From the human T2T-CHM13v2.0 reference genome, Homo sapiens: 64,000 nucleotides of DNA. The stretch is taken from the NCBI RefSeq assembly GCF_009914755.1, contig NC_060931.1. The stretch is one strand, 5' to 3'. The notes beneath the pieces are model-generated. The model was not told where the DNA came from. It was given only the letters and a program-made list of their open reading frames with translations, and did not search any database. Of the stretch, positions 59,301-64,000 are shown piece by piece (position 1 is the first letter of the stretch; each line of letters starts with the position of its first letter). The position numbers and the translations under genes are program-made.

Positions 59301-60365
59301 AAAAATCTCCAGGATATTGGTCTGGGCAAAGCTTTCTTGAGCAATACCCCACAAACACAAGCAAACAAAGCAAAAATGGACAAGTGGGATCACATCAAGT
59401 TAAAAAGTTCTGCACAGCAAAGGATACAACCAACAAAGTGAAGAGACAACCCACAGAATGAGAGATAATATTTGCAAACTATTCATCTGACAAGGATTAA
59501 TAACCATAACATATAAAGAGCTCAAATGACTCCATAAGAAAAAGTCAAAAAATGGGCCAAAGGTTTGAATACATATTTCTCAAAAGACATACAAATGGAA
59601 AGGGTGCTCAACATCATTGGTTATCAGAGAAATGCAAATCAAGACTACAGCAAGGTGTCATCTCACCCCAATTAAAAGGCTTTTATCCAAAAGACAAGCA
59701 ATAACAAATTCTGGCAAGGATATGGAGAAAAGGGAAACCTTGCACACTCTTGGTGGGAATGTAAATTAGTGTAAACACCAGGGAGAACAGTTTGGAGGCA
59801 GGTTCCACAAAAAAGCTAAAAACTGAGCTACCATATGATCTAGCAATCCCACTACTGGGTATATATTCAAAACAAAGGAAATCAGTATATCTGCCCTCTT
59901 ATGTTGGTTTCAGCACTGTTTACAATAGCTAAGATTTGGAAGCAACCTAAGTGTCCATCAACAGATGTACGGATAAATGAAATACGGTATATATACACAT
60001 TGTACCATATGTACCATATGCATATATGTACCATATGGTACAATAATAGTACTCCATATGGAATACTACTCCACTAAAGAAGACTCTAGATTGGGAGAAA
60101 TGTAGGGGTGATGCCTTCAAAGTGAAACTTGGTCTCACCCTTCTTATGCTATTTTTATTTAGTTTTTTGGTCCACAGTTCCACTATTATGGTAGTATTAG
60201 TACTACCATAATAGTACTCCATATGGAGTACCATTCAGCCATAAAAAAGGGTAAGATTCAGTTATTTGCAACAACATGAAAGAACAGAGGATCTTTATGT
60301 TAAGTGAAATAAGCCAGGCACAGACAGACAAACATTGCGTGTTCTCACTTATTTGTGGGATCTAA
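56375..60365 (+). pseudogene. Disrupted L1 ORF2 of the L1MA element
   Basis: ORFs 56490 ([24 protein letters not shown]) and 57644 ([18 protein letters not shown]); many stops. Confidence 0.88.
60000..60222. other. Non-L1 insertion in L1MA ORF2 3' end: palindromic patchwork + ~110 bp unique DNA
   Basis: Interrupts the L1 motif tatatacaca|atggagtac; see findings. Confidence 0.8.
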
Positions 60366-62304
60366 AAATCAAAACAATTGAAATCATGGACATAGAGAGT
60401 AGAAGGATGGTTACCAGAAGCCGGGAAGTGTAGTAGGAGGCTGGGATCAGGGGAAGATGGGGATAGTTAATGGGTAAAAAATACTAGAAACATGTATGAA
60501 ACCTACTATCTAGTAGCACAATTGGATGACTATAGTCAATAATAACTAATTGCATATCATAAAATAAAGAGTGTAATTGGATTGTTTGTAACTCAAAGGA
60601 TAAATGCTTGAGGGTATAGATATCCCATTCTCTATTATGTGCTTATTTCACATTGCATGCCTATAGAAACACTTCTCATTTATCACATAAACATATACAC
60701 CTACTATGTACCCACAAATTTTTTTTTTAATTTCTAAAAAAAAAAAAATTATATTAGGTCTTACAATTACCCATTAGTAAAAATAAAGGCTAGAAAACTA
60801 AACAAATATTTATTTATTTGTATTTCCTTTGATAAGCATTAGTAAATGGATTTAGCTATATTCTGTAGGGGAGAGAGAAATAAATATTTGGAAAGCAGAC
60901 AAATTATTGATACAGTATCAATTTTTTTATGTGTCTTTCTTCCTTCTTTCCTTCTTCCTTCCTTCCATTCTTCTGTTCTTTTTAAATTGTGATGCATTTA
61001 CTAAGTTGGGTAAAGGAAGGCAGTGGGAAATTAATTATTTCATTAAGTCAGAAAAGCAGTCATTTCAATGCCCAAAAGCAATTAGTGAAAGTTGCCAGAA
61101 CTGGAAGACCATCTTCCTTGGTCTGATTGACTTTAAAAGCCAGTATGGGATGGCAAAGGTCAATTACCAGAGTAGTGAGGAAAGAAATAATTAAAGATAG
61201 GTAGGCAAGAGAAAGTACCAAGGAAAGCTGGCTGAACTGAGCTATGCCCAAGATGGAAACTTTTAGGTAAGCACGTGAAATGGGAAACAGTTGGAAAGCT
61301 AGATGGGTACATGGTATTGCAGGGTTTGGGGGAAGACTAGTGAGGATTTAGGCCTGATTGTCCGGCTTTAGTTGTTTTAATGGATGTGCCTGCTGATGAG
61401 CCCAAGCCTCCAGATAATAATTCCAGCCAGAAGGAAGCTGAAGAGCTGTAAGAAAACATTGCACGACCCATGATCTTGGGTTCACCTGAGACAGATTTTG
61501 GAGAAAGAAGGGAGCACAGAAAGAGTATGTTACTTTCAAAACTACAACAATTCGAAAGCTATTTTTTTAATTGCCAAGAAAAAAATAGGCTACCAGCTGT
61601 TTCTTCCCGTAGGAATTGACACAAGCCAACTCTCAGGAGTGATTTTCCAAAGAAAAGAACTGGCCCAGCCTAATCAGAAGTTTATCAAATATTCAACTTT
61701 ACTTTTTAAAATATGTTTTAGTGCTACAGATGGGCCAAATAAAACAAAACAAAAACCCTGCAATTATTCCTTACAGTGTTACCCTATTAACAGCTTGATT
61801 ATTTTAAGATCTAATCTTGAGTTCTTAGAGGCAGCAGTTAATACTGTTTGGAGCAAAAGTTAGAATTAACAAAAAATGAGTTTACATAGAAAAAGATAGT
61901 ATATTCAAGTCTCTGAAAACCCCCAAATAATCTATAGAAAACACATTTATAGGATATATTTGCATCATCTTTTCTAATGAAGTGTCCCATAATAGAGGTT
62001 GAATGGTTGGCAGGACTGTCCTAATGGTGCTTTCATACAGGAGGGACTTGTAAGTAGTCCTTGTTAAAGTCCCTTCAGTACAAGTCTAAAGTGCAGGCAT
62101 TCTTAGTAACCCAGACAGATCTGTCTCTGTGATGTAGTCCTTTGAACTTACTTTGCACAAGACCAATCTATGCACTTCAGACCATAATACCTTATTGAGC
62201 ATTCATTAATTCAGAACAGCAGACATCACATTATTCCAATGATTAAGTACTAACACTCCCTTGCATTGCTTCCCTTGTCTCATATCCATACCCATTTCAA
62301 AGTA

Positions 62305-62540
62305 ATTAAGAATTCAGACTTGGAATTGTGACTCTCCCAGTGAGACTCCCAGCTCTGTTACTAGCAGTTTGGTCATAAGCAAGTTTCTTAGTCTCTCTGT
62401 GATCAAGCTCCTTCATTTGTACAATGGGACTAATAATGGCTTCCACTTAAGCATATTGTAAGAATTAAATGAGCTAATGCATATAAAGCACCCAAACGGT
62501 GTCTGGCAGAGAGTAATGATAGAGAACTTTGAGCTCTCAT
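62305..62540 (+). mobile_element. MIR
   Basis: 'tcccagctctgttactagcag...gcaagtttcttagtctctctgtg...catttgtacaatgggactaataat...gaattaaatgagctaatgcatataaagcac'. Confidence 0.75.
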
Positions 62541-63694
62541 TAGAAAAATAGTAGGAACCCATGCTGTTTTTTCAACAGAAGGTTGTTTGGTAAGTATAAA
62601 ATAGAAGATCCAGGGCAGAAGGTGGTGGGGGTGATGGTGGTCAGTGGTGGTGTTAGTGATGGCACTACACTTAATTTTGGAAAGTTAAATTAATAAGTTT
62701 GCTTTTATTTTCAAAATATAGGGTCTTCCTTAGTGAAGCAGTACTCACTAAATAATCTGGCAAATCTTCACCTTCTGAATCGAAATTTTCTAGGCTATCC
62801 ACTTTTCTCTCTGAATCATTCTTTCTTTAGATGTGTTAATATCACTGATTACATGTAACTCAAGTGTGATTTCCTTAGGTCTTAGAGACATTATGTATAG
62901 ATCAAATTAATCCAACTTTTAGTTTTAGAAGTACTTTTATAGCCTGCATCATATCCTGTAAGACATCAGATGGGATGCTACAGAAAACCCTGGTGATGTC
63001 CTGCTCCCTTTCATCTCTTCTCGTGTGTAGGCAACTCCTGGTACTTTGGATGAATTCCACCTTAAGGGCTCTTATTGCTCTTATACTTATGCCTAAACGC
63101 TTAAAATAATTATGTATTAAAGTTACTGTTGGAACTCTGCCATTAAATATGTCGTTGTGTCCAATCAGAGTAATCATAGGCAAAACCCTATTTGTCACCT
63201 GCAACCTTCTAAATCTCCCTTTTAGCCATGTCTTTCTCACTCTCCTAAATACCTATCCAAACAACAAGACATCAGCCCATTTTTGTGGGCTGAAAGGATT
63301 TGTATGGGCAGAAAGGATTTTAGATGCTAATGATTTAAAACATTTTTCTCCAAACATTAACAGGATGTGTCCGGCCATTAAAAAAATCAACCACACATCC
63401 TCAATCTATGTGTTTTTACATACTAATGATATACATATACTATTATGTATGTATATACATCATTTACTTTAAAAATGAACAGTAGACCCTAGACAATTAA
63501 AAGAATGAAATAACCAGATGTTAACAGAAGTCTTAACATTTTAATTATACATGCCAATGAATCATATTGCACATCCCCCAAGGTGAACATGCCCCAATTT
63601 AGAGAGCATTGCTTAAAGAATATGGTACACACCATACTGAAACTCCTAATTTTAAAAGCTAAAAAGAATTGAAGATGGAATTTGATATAAATCA

Positions 63695-64000
63695 TGGTAG
63701 GGGATGATGAGGCACTGCCTCATTACTGTCCAAAGGAGTAGAAGTCTAGTTTCCCCCATTTGACCTCTGTTGACACTCCTCATTACTGCTAGGTGAGTGT
63801 AGGAGTCCAGCTCCCCACAAAGACTCCAATGACTCCTTGCTGGATGGAAAAGATAGCAATGTCTTGTTATTGCTCCCTGCATGGCTTCCATTGACACCAC
63901 CTGGGTGGGGGTTGGTCTCATTATTGCTGTGTGGTGGTAAAAGACCTGACTCTTCACTGGGCCTTCTCTTCTACAACCCCAGTGGCAAGACAGTGGGATG
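63695..64000 (-). mobile_element. Old L1M (L1MC/MD-type) 5'-region with monomer repeats; runs off the window end
   Basis: Recurring 'ctcattactg' / 'ttgacac' units typical of L1MC/MD 5' ends. Confidence 0.45.

Larger units (their letters stand above)
52881..60749 (+). mobile_element. Full-length L1MA1/L1MA2-like element (L1M1-type 5'UTR)
   Basis: Starts 'gagaggagcaagatgg'; ~2 kb 5'UTR; ORF1 ~54950-55890; ORF2 from atggcaggc at 56375; L1MA1/2 3'UTR; A tail; 12 bp TSD tatattaggtct at 52869-52880 and 60750-60761. Confidence 0.88.

Noticed and set aside
62902-63472. Overlapping 112 aa (-) and 107 aa (+) ORFs
   Set aside because: No recognisable domain, non-ATG starts and no supporting exon structure; lengths are compatible with chance.

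Overview
AT-rich, CpG-depleted primate (hominoid, most likely human) non-coding DNA, either intergenic or deep intronic. I see no CpG island, no recognisable protein-coding exon and no RNA gene. Every credible ORF in the track is a decayed LINE-1 ORF1/ORF2 fragment; the rest look spurious (many use TTG/GTG starts). Roughly half the window is transposon-derived. Main elements: (1) a three-level nest at 26.4-37.8 kb, with an AluSc8-like copy inside a twin-primed, 5'-inverted L1PA7-like element inside an L1PA13-like host; (2) a full-length ~7.9 kb L1MA1/2-like element with its TSD still intact (52.9-60.7 kb); (3) 5'-truncated L1PA2-, L1PA3/4- and L1MA8-like copies; (4) six Alus, MaLR solo LTRs (THE1, MSTB, MLT1), MER47A/MER3/MER5A DNA-transposon relics and L2/MIR remnants. 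Subfamily names come from my recall of consensus sequences and need RepeatMasker/Dfam confirmation. I find no support for a new multi-gene biological system. The most interesting structure is a set of DNA-repair or template-switch 'scars': a ~225 bp palindrome-patchwork insertion with captured unique DNA inside the L1MA ORF2 3' end, a 166 bp ~95%-identical local duplication 1.3 kb apart, and several short perfect hairpins.
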